DNA of 64,000 nt from an uncultured Actinomycetes bacterium (GTDB lineage: Bacteria; Actinomycetota; Thermoleophilia; Gaiellales; Gaiellaceae): positions 9,590 to 73,589 of the forward strand of contig CAVTCK010000017.1 of assembly GCA_963733155.1 (NCBI GenBank). The letters are read 5' to 3'. Below the pieces are notes generated by a model. The model ran no database searches and was not told the DNA's origin. It worked only from the letters and a program-made list of their open reading frames with translations. A program made the translations under genes and the position numbers. Of the stretch, positions 39,074 to 50,013 are shown piece after piece. Numbering within the stretch: position 1 is the first letter of the stretch; the number at the start of each line of letters is the position of its first letter.

Positions 39074-39810
39074 GCGCTTTCCTCCTCTTCCTGGGCCTCA
39101 GGGACGTTGTAGGCCGTCGAGGGATCGCCGGCAGGATGGAAGACGCCGAGGACCCTGAGCGTCCCCGTGCCGACGTTCTCGAGGATGTGCGGTTCCCGCG
39201 GCGGAAAGTGAATGCACGAGCCGGCCCGCACGGCCGAGCTCTCGCCGCCCATGTGGAGGACACCCTCTCCCTCCAGGATGTACGCCACCTCCTCGTAGGT
39301 GTGGTAGTGCGGCTTCGCCCGCCCGGGTGGAATCGAGCCGACGAACTGCGTGACGGTGCGGCAGCCGACCTCCTCGTTCGCCACGTAGCGAAACTCCCGG
39401 TCTCGGCCCGCGGGATGGGCAGGCTGGTCGGCTAGACGAACCTCGACGGGGGTCGGCCGCTCCTTCGCCTCGTCCTCGGGCTCGAGGGCGAGCACCGAGA
39501 CGACGACGAGCTCGTCCGGGCCCGGATCGGCGACCTCGTAGGTTGCGCCCGGCGGGACGAGCAGCCCCGTCTCAGGCTCGAGGGCGCGGCTCGTGCCGTC
39601 CAGGTCGACCGTGCCGGCGCCGGCGACTGCGAAGAGAAGCTCCTCCCGGCTCGAGCCTCCGCGCCGGCTCGAGCGCCCGGGTGCGAAGCGGACCACCCGC
39701 TGCTCGAGGGCCTCGCAGCCGAAGCCCGGGCCGATGGTCACGCGCGTCGTGGCGGTGTCGCCCTCGTCGCGCCGGGCCTCGGCCGAGGCCTCGTCGGTCA
39801 CGTACCGCAT
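39070..39810 (-). CDS. Bicupin-domain protein, first gene of the minus-strand Liv operon
   Basis: Intact 246 aa. Two cupin cores (VVRFAPGRS...ELLFAVAGAGTVDLDG, and GRAKPHYHTYEEVAYILEGEGVLHMGGESSAVRAGSCIHFPPREPH). Its stop overlaps the livK-like ATG (ATGA). Confidence 0.7.
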   Translation of the reverse strand: MRYVTDEASAEARRDEGDTATTRVTIGPGFGCEALEQRVVRFAPGRSSRRGGSSREELLFAVAGAGTVDLDGTSRALEPETGLLVPPGATYEVADPGPDELVVVSVLALEPEDEAKERPTPVEVRLADQPAHPAGRDREFRYVANEEVGCRTVTQFVGSIPPGRAKPHYHTYEEVAYILEGEGVLHMGGESSAVRAGSCIHFPPREPHILENVGTGTLRVLGVFHPAGDPSTAYNVPEAQEEEESA

Positions 39811-40009
39811 CAGCTAGGCCCCGGGTGTGGGGCTGGAGCCGTCGCGGTGAACCGTGACCTCGAGCATGGGCCTCACTTTCACTCTCTCAGACGGCGTGCC
39901 GGCAGGCTGGTTAGGCGCCCCCGTCCGCGCTTCGCGGGCCAACCCTACACCGCAGCGATGCTTGGCGGTAATTAGCGTTGGCGTGCGAATTGCCGGTCAA
40001 GGATCTAGG

Positions 40010-40040
40010 TTGACGTGCGGGCGATCAGGTTGGTTAGGAT
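40010..40040 (+). promoter_or_regulatory. Candidate promoter of the plus-strand super-operon (near-leaderless)
   Basis: TTGACG (40010-40015), a 19-nt spacer, TAGGAT (40035-40040), then 8 nt to ATG 40049. The direct repeat gatc(t/a)aggttg flanks the -35 region. Confidence 0.3.
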
Positions 40041-40048
40041 CGCTCGCG

Positions 40049-40860
40049 ATGCTGCTGAGCGAGGTCGGGTACGCACGACCTTCCAGCGTTGACGAAGCCG
40101 TGCGGCTCCTGGCGGAGAACGACGGGGCGAGGGCGCTTGCGGGCGGCCAGACCATCGTCAACGTGATGAAGGCGCGCGCCGCCGCGCCCGACGTCCTCGT
40201 CGATCTCGCCGACCTCGAGGAGCTTCGGGCGATCGCCGTCACGGGCGACGGCGCGCTGGAGCTCGGCGCGCTCGCCACCTACTCGCAGCTGATCACCTCG
40301 GCCGAGGTGAAGCAGACGCGCCCGATCGTCGCCGAAGTGGCCGCGCAGATCGCGGACGTGCAGGTGCGGAACCGCGGGACGGTGGGCGGCAACGTCTGCT
40401 CCAACGACCCGACGAACCACCTGCCCCCTGTCTTCGTCGCCACGGGAGCGGCGATGACCGTTCTGGGAGCCGAGGGAGAGCGCATCGTCCCGGCGGAGGA
40501 GTTCTTCCTCGGCGTCTACATGACCGCGGCCGGGCCGGGGGAGCTGCTCACGAAGGTCGTCCTTCCTCCCGCCGGCGATGCCCGCGACGGCTTCAGCGCG
40601 GTCACGATCGGAGCGGACGGGACGTGCATCGTCAACGCTGCCGCGACCGTGAGCGGCGGACGAGGCCCGGGTCGTCGCTCGGCTGCGTTGCCGCCACGCC
40701 GGTCCTCCTTACCGCGGAGGCCGACGAGGACGCCGTGCGCGACGCGGTGCGTGGCGCCGAGCTCGACCCTCCGTCGGACGTCCACGGCCCTGCCGAGTAT
40801 CGTCGGCAGCTCGCCGAGGCAGTTGCGGCGCGCGCGGTCGCCGCTGCGAGAGAAGACTAG
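40049..40860 (+). pseudogene. Molybdenum-hydroxylase FAD-binding medium subunit (CoxM/XdhB-like), one frameshift near 40670
   Basis: ARALAGGQTIVNVMKARAAAPDVLVDL...VQVRNRGTVGGNVCSNDP in ORF 39854-40894. C-terminus GCVAATPVLL...DVHGPAEYRRQLAEAV in ORF 40624-40860. Confidence 0.8.
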
Positions 40861-41349
40861 ATGGAGCCCGTCACGAGCATGCAGGTCTCGGTAACGGTCA
40901 ACGGCGACGTCCACGGGCGGGACGTGGAGGCACGCCGCCTGCTCGTCCACCTCATCCGAGACGACCTCGGCCTGACCGGCACGCACATCGGCTGCGACAC
41001 GGGAAACTGCGGCGCCTGCACGGTCATCCTCGACGGCGCGGCGGTCAAGTCCTGCATGCTGCTCGCCGTCCAGGCCGACGGGGCCTCGATCGAGACCGTC
41101 GAGTCACTCGCCCTGGGCGACGGCGAGCTTCACCCGCTCCAGCAGGCCTTCTCCGCACACCATGCGCTCCAGTGCGGCTACTGCACGCCGGGGATGCTGA
41201 TGAGCGCGAAGCATCTGCTCGACCACAACGCGGAGCCGACGGAGAACGAGATCCGGCGCGCGATCCAGGGAAACATCTGCCGCTGCACCGGCTACGTGAA
41301 CATCGTCGAGGCGATCTCGGCGGCCGCGAAGGGAGAGGTATCGGCGTGA
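40861..41349 (+). CDS. Molybdenum-hydroxylase [2Fe-2S] small subunit (CoxS-like)
   Basis: GCDTGNCGACTV...SC...QCGYCTPGMLM...NICRCTGY. Both cluster motifs are intact. Confidence 0.9.
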   Translation: MEPVTSMQVSVTVNGDVHGRDVEARRLLVHLIRDDLGLTGTHIGCDTGNCGACTVILDGAAVKSCMLLAVQADGASIETVESLALGDGELHPLQQAFSAHHALQCGYCTPGMLMSAKHLLDHNAEPTENEIRRAIQGNICRCTGYVNIVEAISAAAKGEVSA

Positions 41350-43815
41350 CGACGACTGCGCCCGAGCAGGTCGAGGCCCCGCAGAAGGGCTTCGCCGGCG
41401 AGAGCATTCCGCGCAAGGAAGACAAGCGCCTCGTGCAGGGACAGGGAGTCTTCGTCGACGACGTCCGCCGCCACGAGGTCGGCTACGTCCACTTCGTGCG
41501 CTCGCCCTACGCGCACGCGGCGATCACGAGCATCGACGTTTCGGCGGCCGAGGCGCTCGAAGGCGTCTACGGCGTGCTGATCGGCGAGGAGGTGGCCGCG
41601 CTCACCGATCCGTTCTTCCAGCTCTCCGTCCCCCCGGGCTCGGAGATCAAGGACTACGCCCTCGCGGTGGGCAAGGTGCGCCACCTAGGGGATCCCGTCG
41701 CGGCGGTCGCCGCGCGCACGCGCGAGCTCGCGCGCGACGCCGCCGAGCTCGTCGAGGTCGAGTACGAGCCGCTCCCCGTCGTCGTCGACCCGGAGCATGC
41801 GCTCGACGAGGACGCCGGCGTCCTCCACGACGAGGCCGGCTCGAACCTCGTCTGGTCCGGCGAGTTCGACTGGGGCGACTTCGAGGCGGCGCTGGACGAG
41901 GCCGACCACGTCGTCAGGATCGACCGGCTCCACTTCGACCGCTTCTCCTCGACCCCGCTCGAGACGAGCGGCGCCATGGTCGAGTACGACCGCGGAACCG
42001 GCCAGTGGACGATCCACGCGAACAACCAGTTCCCCGGGTTCGCCATCATCATGATGGGCGCCCGCGCTCCGCACCGGGATGGACAAGCTCCGCTTCGTCT
42101 CCCAGGACATCGGCGGCGGCTTCGGCAACAAGATCTGCACCCACCCGCAGCTGGTCGCGCTCTGCCTGCTCGCGCGCAAGCTCAACCGCCCCGTGCAGTG
42201 GACGGAGTGGCGCACGGACCAGCACACCGGGAACAGCCACGGGAACGAACGCGTCTTCCTCGACATCGAGGTGCCGGTCAAGGCGGACGGGACGATGCTC
42301 GGCTTCAGCGTGCAAGGCGATCGACGACTGCGGAGCCTTCAGCCGCTACGAGCCGCTCGGCTGCATCATCTGGGCGCAGGTGACGCCGGGGATGTACCGC
42401 TGGCGCAACGTTCACATCGACTTCACGCAGGTGTGCACGAACAAGTCCCCCTGCGGGCCGAACCGGGGCTACTCGCGCATGCAGCACCTCTGGTTCACGG
42501 AGCGCGTGATCGACATCGTCGCCCACGAGCTCGAGCTCGACCCGGTCGAGATCCGCAAGCGCAACTACATCAAGGCCGAGGAGATGCCCTACGAGACGCC
42601 GAACGGCTGCGTCTACGACTCCGGCGACTACGCGCGCTGCCTCGACATCGCCCTCGACCTCGTCGGCTATTCGTCGCTCGAGGAGAAGCGGCGAGACGCC
42701 GAGAGCCGGGGAAAGCTGCTCGGCGTCGGCATCGGCTCGACGCTCGACTCGGGGACGAACAACTTCGGCCAGTCCCAGCTCCTGAACCCGGATCTCCAGT
42801 TCTCGGGCAACAACGAGGTGGCGAGCGTCAAGCTCGACATCTTCGGCGAGGTCGTCGTCACCCTCGGAACGACCCCGCAGGGCCAGAGCCACGAGACCGT
42901 CGCCTCCCAGATCGTCGCCGACATCCTCGGCGTCACCCCCGACGACGTGCACGTGCGCGCCGGCCACGACAGCTACTGGAACACACACGCCGGCTTCTCC
43001 GGGACGTACGCGAGCCAGTTCGCGGTCACCGGCCTGGGCGCGGTCAAGGGAGCCACCGATCTGCTCGCCGACCAGATCCGGCGGCTGGCCGCGGTCATCC
43101 TCGGAGCAGACGGGCCCGGAAGAGATCGAGCTCGGCGGCGGCTTCGCCAAGCGGCGCGACAACCCGGAGGCCGCCCTGCCCTTCCTGGCCTGCGGCGCGA
43201 TCGTCAACGCGAACAACGCCGGGCTGCCGGAGGAGCTGGACGACGTCACGCTCAACTGCCGCTACGTCTACAAGCCGCCCTTCCAGGTGCCGGACAAGGA
43301 GCGCAAGTTCGGGAATCTCACACTCACGTACGCGTCCCAGATCCACGTGTGCGTGCTCGAGGTCGACCCCGAGACGGGCGTCTACGAGATCGTCGACTAC
43401 TCCGCCGTGGACGACTGCGGCAACCGCATCCATCCTCAGATCGTCGAGGGCCAGGTGCACGGCGCCGTCGCGCACGGGCTCGGAGCGGCGATGTTCGAGA
43501 CGATGGCCTACGACGAGGACGGGACGCTCCTGACGTCCAACTTCTACGACTACCACGTCCCGCACGCGCTCGACATGCCGCCGCTTCAGGACGGACGCGA
43601 TCGAGTCGCCCTCGCCCTTCACCTCGCTGGGGACGAAGGGGATGGGCGAAGGAGGCGGCGCGAGCATCCACGCGGTCTGCGCCGCCATCCAGGACGCGCT
43701 GCGCTCGGCGGGCAACGCCGTCGTCACCGACAGCCACAACCCGTACCACCGGGTGTGGGAGCTGCTCCGCAACCCCGAGGCCAGCCGGGAGCTCGTGAAG
43801 GTCGAGGCCCGGTGA
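41346..43815 (+). pseudogene. Molybdopterin-binding large subunit (CoxL/aldehyde oxidase/xanthine dehydrogenase family), about 5 frameshifts
   Basis: IPRKEDKRLVQGQGVFVDDV... / MDKLRFVSQDIGGGFGNK... / AIDDCGAFSRYEP...CGPNRGYSRMQH... / FAKRRDNPEA...EVDPETGVYEIVDYSAVDDCGNRIHPQIVEGQVHG / FTSLGTKGMGEGG, in alternating frames (ORFs 41172-, 42079-, 42005-, 43287-). The active-site loop matches neither the VAYRCSFR nor the AYRGAGR CODH signature. Confidence 0.8.
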
Positions 43816-44259
43816 AGGTCGAGGGCACGCGGAGCTACGCGGCCTCGCGCGAGCAGGTGTGGGAGGTCCTCAACGACCCGGCGGAGATGGCGGGCCTCAT
43901 GCCGGGCGTCGAGAGCTTCGAGATCGTGGACGACGAGCACTGGCAGGCCAAGGTCAAGGTGCCGCTCGGGCTCGGGAGCCTGCGCATGAGCATCGACTTC
44001 ACGAAGGCCGAGTCCCGTCCGCCCGAGCACGCCCGCCTGCAGGCGAAGGGCAAGGGCGTCGGGGCGATCATGAGCATGGAGACCCAGTTCGACCTGAGCG
44101 AGGACGGAGACGGCACGGCCATGCGCTGGGAAGCGGACGTCCGCATCCTCGGCCAGGTCGCGAGCATGGGCCAGCGCGTCATCCAGCCGATCGTGAACCA
44201 GCAGGTCGAGAACGTGCTCACCGCCCTCGACGCCCGCGGTCGCAGCCGAAGGCGCGTAG
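43812..44259 (+). pseudogene. CoxG-like SRPBCC subunit; a frameshift near the 3' end fuses the ORF to the next gene
   Basis: VKVEGTRSYAASREQVWEVLNDPAEMAGLMPGVESFE...MSMETQFDL...QRVIQPIVNQQVENVL. The expected end AVAAEGA-TAG (44257-44259) is in the +1 frame. The GTG start overlaps the coxL-like TGA. Confidence 0.7.
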
Positions 44260-44282
44260 CGGGCGAGCGGCTCCCGACGACG

Positions 44283-45316
44283 ATGGCTCCGCCCTTCCGC
44301 GTCGGCGTCATGCAGCTGACCATGGAGCCGCTCGAGGAGATGCTCGAGACGGCCGCGGTCATGGACCGGGTGGGCATGGACACGATCTGGCTGGCCGAGG
44401 CCTACCCCTGGTGGCGAAAGCACGGGATGGAGGCGCGCTCCTCGACCGTCGTCTCGGCCCTGATCGCGGAGCGGGACCGAGCGGATCGCCGTCGGCTGGG
44501 GGATCATCTCCCCGTTCACGCGGCACCCGGTGCAGGCGGCCATGGACGCGCGGGTCGTCCAGGAGGCTGCCGGGCCGGGGCGTTTCCTGCTCGGCTTCGG
44601 CACCTCGAAGATCTTCTTGAACAACGCGCGTGATGCAGACGAAGAAGACGCTCGGGCCGATGCGCGACGCCGTGGCGATCGTTCGCGGCGTCCTCGCGCG
44701 GTGAGCCCTTCGAGTACGAGGGCGAGACGTGGAGCGCCTCCGTGCCCGGCCTCGCGGAGGCGGCGGAAACGCCGCGAGAGGTCCCGCCCGTGTACGTCGC
44801 GGCGACGGCGCCCAAGATGCAGGCGCTCGCGGGTGAGATCGGCGACGGCTGCCTGACGCCTTCGATCACGACGCCGGCCTTCGTCCGCTACACCCGCGAG
44901 AACGTCAAGGCCGACATCGACATCGGCTGCACAGTCGTCGCCTCCGTGCACGAGTCCGACCGGGACGTGGGCGCGACGGCGCCCGTGAGATCGCAGCCAT
45001 GTACCTCGCCAACAAGTTCCAGAACATCAAGGGGTCGGCGGACACGCTGCTCGAGCTGGCCGGGATCGAGATGGAGGAGCTCGCGCCCGTGGCCGAGGCG
45101 ATGGAGAGCGGCGGCCGCCTCGCCGCGAAGGAGCAGGTGACCGACTCCCTCCTCGACCGGTGCAAGCCGATCGCCGGCACGCCCGAGGACTGCGTCGCGG
45201 CGATCGAGGAGTACCGCGAGGCGGGCTGCACCCACGTCATGCTCGAGCTCTGGGGCGAGGACCGCCACCGCCAGCTCGAGGTCTTCGGGGAGCGCGTCCT
45301 CCCGCAGGTGCGATGA
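44283..45316 (+). pseudogene. LLM-class (luciferase-like) flavin/F420-dependent oxidoreductase, about 3 frameshifts
   Basis: FRVGVMQLTMEPLEEMLETAAVMDRVGMDTIWLAEAY / IAVGWGIISPFTRHPVQAAMDARVVQEAAGPGRFLLGFG / VPPVYVAATAPKMQALAGEIGDGCL / MYLANKF...GTPEDCVAAIEEYREAGCTHVMLEL, in different frames. Confidence 0.75.
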
Positions 45317-46511
45317 TCGACGAGCGCCGCCTGATCGACCTCGCAATCCGGCTGGTCTCGACGCCGTCGTTCACCGGCTCCGAGGAGGCCGCGGCGGAGC
45401 TCGTCCGCGACGAGCTCGCTTCCCTCGGCCTCCAGGTGCAGTGGCAGCAGGTCGAAGAGGGGCGCGCGAACGTGCTCGGAACCTGGCCGGGCGAGGGCGG
45501 CGGCCCGACGCTCATGTTCAACGGCCACCTGGACACCTCGTACTCGGGACGCGAGCCGTGGCTCCAGGGCATTCCGGGCTTCCAGCCCGAAGGCTTCGAG
45601 CGCGACGGCCGCATCTACGGGCTCGGCATCTCGAACATGAAGGGCGCGGTCGCCTGCTACGTCGAGGCGGTGCGGTCGCTGATAGAGGACGGGGTGCGCC
45701 TGCGCGGCGACGTGATGATCGCCGCCGTCGCCGGCGAGATCGAGAAGACGCAGGAGGGCGATGCCCAGGGCGCCGAGTACCGCGGGTACGCAGCCGGGTC
45801 ACGCCACCTGGTCGGCCACGGCGGCGCGGCCGACATGTGCATCCTCGGCGAGCCGACGGAGAACAAGGTGGTGCTCGCGCACTTCGGCACGCTCTGGCTG
45901 CGCCTGCGCACGCGCGGGCCGTTCATCCACACGGCCTTCAGCGCGGGGCGGCAGGAGGAGAACTCGATCGTGCGCATGGGCGCCGTGCTCGAACGCGGTG
46001 CTCGCCTGGCTGCCGAGCTGGGAGGAGGAGATGAGCTACGGCGACGTCCGCGGGGTCGCCAACGTCGGCGCGATCCGCGGCGGCTTCGGCTGGCGCGTCT
46101 CGCAGAACGCCGCACGAGACCGACCTCTACCTCGACCTCCGCGTCCCGCCCTCGGTTCCCATGGCGGAGGCCCGCCGGAAGGCGCTCGAGTTCGCCCGCG
46201 GCCTCGACGGCGTCGAGGCGGAGGCGTACGTGACGGCGCCGGGGGCCGAGATCGAGGAGGGGCATCCGCTCGTGGCCGCGCTCGACGCCGCCCACGCCGA
46301 GGTCTTCGGCGAGGCGCCCGAGCGCGACGTCACGCGCTGGTTCTCGGACGCGTCGGTTCTCTCCCGCTACGGGATCGCCACGGTCAACTACGGTACGTCG
46401 AGCGGCCTGCCCGACGCGGAGCTGGGGGAGAACCTGGAGATCGAGGGGCTGGTGAAGACGGCGGAGGTCTACGCGCGGGTCGCGACGAAGATCTGCGGAG
46501 TGGTGGAGTGA
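45313..46511 (+). pseudogene. M20-family amidohydrolase (ArgE/DapE-like deacylase), about 2 frameshifts
   Basis: LVSTPSFTGSEEAAAELV...MFNGHLDTS...GLGISNMKGAVACYVEAV (ORF 45160-). WLPSWEEEMSYGDVRGVANVGAIRGG (ORF 45761-). MAEARRKALEF...GEAPERDVTRWFSDASVL (ORF 46161-46511). ATGA overlap with the upstream gene. Confidence 0.8.
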
Positions 46512-47374
46512 AGCTTGTCACCTTCGACGAGGGCCGCGTAGGCGTTCTGGACGGCGAGGAAATCGCCGTTCTCGACGCCCCGAGCATGCGGACGTACTTC
46601 GAGCGCGGCGGCGCAGGGGAGACCGGCGAGCGGGTTCCGCGCGAAGCCGCCCGCCTGCGCGCGCCGATCGTCCCCAAGAAGTTCTTCCACACGGCAGGCA
46701 ACTTCCGCGAGCACGAGGAGGAATCCAAGCGCGTCGACTGGTCGCACGAGATCGCCCCCTGGATCGTCTTCTTCCAGAACGTCGACGCGATCGTCGGCCC
46801 CGACGAGCCGGTCGTCTATCCCGAGCATCTGACCGAGGAGCTCGACTACGAGCTCGAGCTCGCCGTCGTCATCTCGAAGCCCGGGAAGTGGTTCGGGCCC
46901 GAGGAGGCCGCCGACTACATCGGCGGCTACGTCATCTTCAATGACGTGACCGCACGCGACATCCAGCGGCGTGAGATGCGCTCGGGCGTCTTCTCCTTCT
47001 GCAAGGCGATCGACACGTTCTGCCCGCTCGGCCCGTGGATCGTCACGCCCGACGAGATCTCCGACCCGCACGACCTTGCCATGGAGCTCCGGGTGAACGG
47101 CGAGCCGCGGCAGGTCTCCCACTCGAGCCGGATGTCCGTGACGATCCCGGAAATCGTCTCCCACTACTCGGCGCTCGGGTACAGCGCCGGCGACGTCGTC
47201 TCGACCGGAACCGTTTCCGGGGTGGCGGGCTTCAGCGAGGACGCCGCCTCGCTCTACCTGCGGCCGGGCGACGTGATGGAGGGCGAGATCGAGGGGATCG
47301 GCGTCCTCCGCAACCCCGTGGTCTCGTGGGAGGAGGCGCACGGGGAGCCGGCACCGCCGCGGGTCCGTTGGTGA
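46508..47374 (+). CDS. Fumarylacetoacetate hydrolase (FAH) family protein
   Basis: Intact 288 aa. PKKFFHTAGNFREH...LDYELELAVVISKPG...IGGYVIFNDVTARDIQ...CKAIDTFCPLGPWIV...GDVVSTGTVSGV. GTG start in a GTGA overlap. Confidence 0.85.
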   Translation: MKLVTFDEGRVGVLDGEEIAVLDAPSMRTYFERGGAGETGERVPREAARLRAPIVPKKFFHTAGNFREHEEESKRVDWSHEIAPWIVFFQNVDAIVGPDEPVVYPEHLTEELDYELELAVVISKPGKWFGPEEAADYIGGYVIFNDVTARDIQRREMRSGVFSFCKAIDTFCPLGPWIVTPDEISDPHDLAMELRVNGEPRQVSHSSRMSVTIPEIVSHYSALGYSAGDVVSTGTVSGVAGFSEDAASLYLRPGDVMEGEIEGIGVLRNPVVSWEEAHGEPAPPRVRW

Positions 47375-47664
47375 CCGCCTCTCCGGCTTGTGCTCTTGTG
47401 GAGATGGGAGACCCGCCTCCCCAACCCGATGGCTTTAGAACTCGTCTCAAAATGAAGCCTTGTGCCGTCGGGCCGCGCTGCTCGCCCCGAGAGCGGCGTC
47501 CTCAGTCGCGCCCATACCGCTGCGGGTATGGGCGCTCCCTGCGTCCTTGTCTCGGAACGATCATCGCACCCCGACGGCGAAGCGTCATTCTGAAACGAGT
47601 TCTCAGCCTAACCCGACAATCCGCGCGCGTGGGAGACGGATCCGCGCCGGAAGCGTGCCGGTGA
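47371..47664 (+). other. 97-codon intercistronic ORF spanning the whole FAH-M24 gap, with GTGA overlaps at both ends; contains repeat B1
   Basis: GTG 47371 overlaps the FAH TGA (47372-47374). TGA 47662-47664 overlaps the GTG 47661 of the M24 gene. The frame is that of track ORF 47035-47664. Confidence 0.6.
47437..47603 (+). mobile_element. Family-B MITE-like repeat, copy 1 (22-nt imperfect terminal inverted repeats, central hairpin)
   Basis: TIRs agaactcgtctcaaaatgaagc / gcgtcattctgaaacgagttct (19/22 complementary). Hairpin cgcccatacc-gctgcg-ggtatgggcg at 47509-47534. Shares gcgtcctc.gtcgcgccc and gcgctccctgcgtccttg.ctcg with copy 2. Confidence 0.8.
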
Positions 47665-48829
47665 GCTGGCCTCGCGACTCGGCGAAACTCGACCGGGTAC
47701 GCGCGTTGATGGCGGACCGCGGAGCTCGACGCCCTCGTTGTCAGGGCGCCCGACAACGTCCTCTATCTGTCCAACTACTGGTGCATGAAGGGCTACGACG
47801 TCGTCGTCTTCCCGCGCGAGGGTGACCCGACCCTGGTTGTGCTCGAGCCCCAGCAAGCCGACGCCGAGCGCATGGCCTGGACGTCCGACATCCGTCTCTT
47901 CAAGGGCTACGACGAGCGCGATCCGCGCCCGCCGACGGCGCGCTCGCTCGAGCTCGCCCAGGCGGTCGTACGCGAGGCAGGGTACGAGCGGGTCGGCCTG
48001 GAGCTTTCGCTCGGGACGCAGGCCGCCGACCGCATGGTCGGGGAGCCGACGCACGTACACGCACGACTTCTTCCACGCCTTCGGCGCGGCGGAGGACGCG
48101 ACGCCGCTCCTCGTCGAGGCGCGCGCAGTCAAGACTCCGCAGGAGATCGAGCGCATGCGGCTCGCCAACGAGCTCGCGGCCCGCGCGATGGAGCACGTCC
48201 GGCGCGAGCTGCGGCCGGGCATGAAGGAGAGCGAGGCGGGGGCCCTCTGGGAGGGCTTCGTCCACGGCGAGGGCACCGGCTACCAGGGCAAGGTGGAGCT
48301 TGCGCGCGGGTTCTGCGCTCGTCTGGTCGGGCCCGGGCATCCGCACCTTCACGGCGACCGGCGACCGCCCCGTGCAGGAGCACGAGCCGACGCTCTTCGA
48401 GATCTGGGTCTGCGTCGACGGCTACTGGTGCGACCACACGAAGAACGTCTGCCCCGGCGAGCTCGCGCCGGAGTACGAGCGGCTGCTCGAGCAGCCTGCT
48501 CGCGGTCTACGAGGCCGCGATCGACCACCTCGCGCCTGGTGCGCGACCTGGCCGAGCTCGACCGCCTCGTCCGTGACGGCATCGCTGAGGCCGGCTACCC
48601 GGGCCAGCCGTCGCACCCCGTCGCCCACGGCGTGGGGGCGCGTGCCCATGAGCCGCCGTACGCACACCAGGCCGGAGGCGGCATCATCCAGGAAGGCATG
48701 GTGCTGGCGATCGAGCCGGGGGCGTACTGGGAGGGCGGCGGCGGGCTCCGCCTCGAGGACAACTTCCTCGTCACCGCTGACGGCGCCGAGCGGCTCTCCT
48801 CCTTCCCCGACGACTTCCGCGCGACGTGA
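47661..48829 (+). pseudogene. M24-family metallopeptidase (creatinase/Xaa-Pro aminopeptidase/ectoine-hydrolase-like), about 5 frameshifts
   Basis: SAKLDRVRALMADRG / MKGYDVVVFPREGDPTLVVLEPQQ... / FFHAFGAAEDATPLLVEARAVKTPQEIERMRLANELAARAMEH... / LVWSGPGIRTF...FEIWVCVDGYWCDHTKN / AELDRLVRDGIAEAGY...HGVGARAHEPP...GMVLAIEPGAY...LEDNFLVT, in alternating frames. Confidence 0.8.
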
Positions 48830-49998
48830 TCGAGCGGGACAGGATCTGGACGGGCAGCGTCAACGAGCCGTTCCAACGCGGCGGGTCGGTGGGGCTCTAC
48901 GACACGACCCTGCGCGACGGCGAGCAGACCGTCGGCGTCGTGCTCTCGCCGGAGGACAAGCTGGAGATCGCCCGCGCGCTCGACGTCCTCGGCATCGATC
49001 GGATCGAGGCCGGCTTTCCTCGTGTTTCCGAGGACGACCGCCGCGCGATCGAGCTCATCCTCGCCGCCGGGCTCCAGGCTGAGGTCTGGGGCTTCTCGCG
49101 CGCGGTCCCTGCCGACGTCGAGGCTCTGGTCGCCCTCGGCGTGCGTGCGTCAGTCGTCGAATCTCCCATCTCCGACCTCAAGCTCGACGCCCTGGGCGTG
49201 AGCCGCGAGACCATGCTCGAGCGGATCTCGAAGGCCGTCGCCTTTGCCGCCGGGGAGGACGTCACGGTCGCCTACTTCGGCGTCGACTCCACGCGGGCCG
49301 ACCCCGAGTTCTTCGCGCGGGCGTACTCGGCGGCGGTCGAGGCTGGGGCCAAGGAGGTCGTCGTCGTGGACACGCTCGGGATCGCCACCCCCGAAGCCGT
49401 GGGCGACCTCGTCGGGCGCACCGTCGAGCTAGTCGGCGCCGACGTGCCCGTTCACTTCCACGGGCACAACGACTTCGGACTCGCCACGGCGGCCGCCGTG
49501 GCGGCGGTGCAGGCCGGCGCCGCCTGGATCCAGGGGACGATCAACGGCATGGGCGAGCGCGCGGGGAATGCGAACCTCCTCGAGGTCGCGCTCGCCCTCG
49601 ACGCGCTCTACGGCGTCGAGACGAACCTGCGCCTGGAGCGGGCGCGCGAGGTCTCCGAGCGCGTGCGGGAGCTCTCCGGCTACCAGCTCGAGCCGTGGAA
49701 GCCGCTGGTCGGCGACACGCTCTTTCGCCGCGAGAGCGGGGCGGTCGCGAGCCAGTTTCACGACCCGCCCTCGATCGAGCCCTACTCGGCTGAGGTGGTC
49801 GCGGCCGAGCGGGCGATCGTGCTCGGCAAGAAGAGCGGCATCGACTCCATCCGGATCAAGGCGGCGGAGCTCGGCCTCGAGCTCTCCGAGGAAGAGGAGC
49901 GCGCTCTGCTCGAGGCCGTCAAGGCGCGGGGAGCGGAAAAGCGCGGCCTCGTCTCCGACGACGAGCTCGCCGAGCTGGCGCGCGCGCTCCACGACTAA
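48826..49998 (+). CDS. HMGL-like (2-isopropylmalate/homocitrate synthase family) aldolase-type enzyme
   Basis: Intact 390 aa. LYDTTLRDGEQTVGV...IEAGFPRVSEDD...VVVDTLGIATPEAV...HFHGHNDFGLATAAAVAAVQAGA...GTINGMGERAGNA. Confidence 0.85.
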   Translation: MIERDRIWTGSVNEPFQRGGSVGLYDTTLRDGEQTVGVVLSPEDKLEIARALDVLGIDRIEAGFPRVSEDDRRAIELILAAGLQAEVWGFSRAVPADVEALVALGVRASVVESPISDLKLDALGVSRETMLERISKAVAFAAGEDVTVAYFGVDSTRADPEFFARAYSAAVEAGAKEVVVVDTLGIATPEAVGDLVGRTVELVGADVPVHFHGHNDFGLATAAAVAAVQAGAAWIQGTINGMGERAGNANLLEVALALDALYGVETNLRLERAREVSERVRELSGYQLEPWKPLVGDTLFRRESGAVASQFHDPPSIEPYSAEVVAAERAIVLGKKSGIDSIRIKAAELGLELSEEEERALLEAVKARGAEKRGLVSDDELAELARALHD

Positions 49999-50013
49999 GT
50001 AAAAGGAGGACGT

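Noticed and set aside
39811-40048. Repeated ggttag / gatc-aggttg motifs in the divergent cupin/coxM-like intergenic region might be a defined operator.
   Set aside because: The repeats are short, direct rather than palindromic, and not clearly spaced. They are mentioned only in the context of the low-confidence promoter call.
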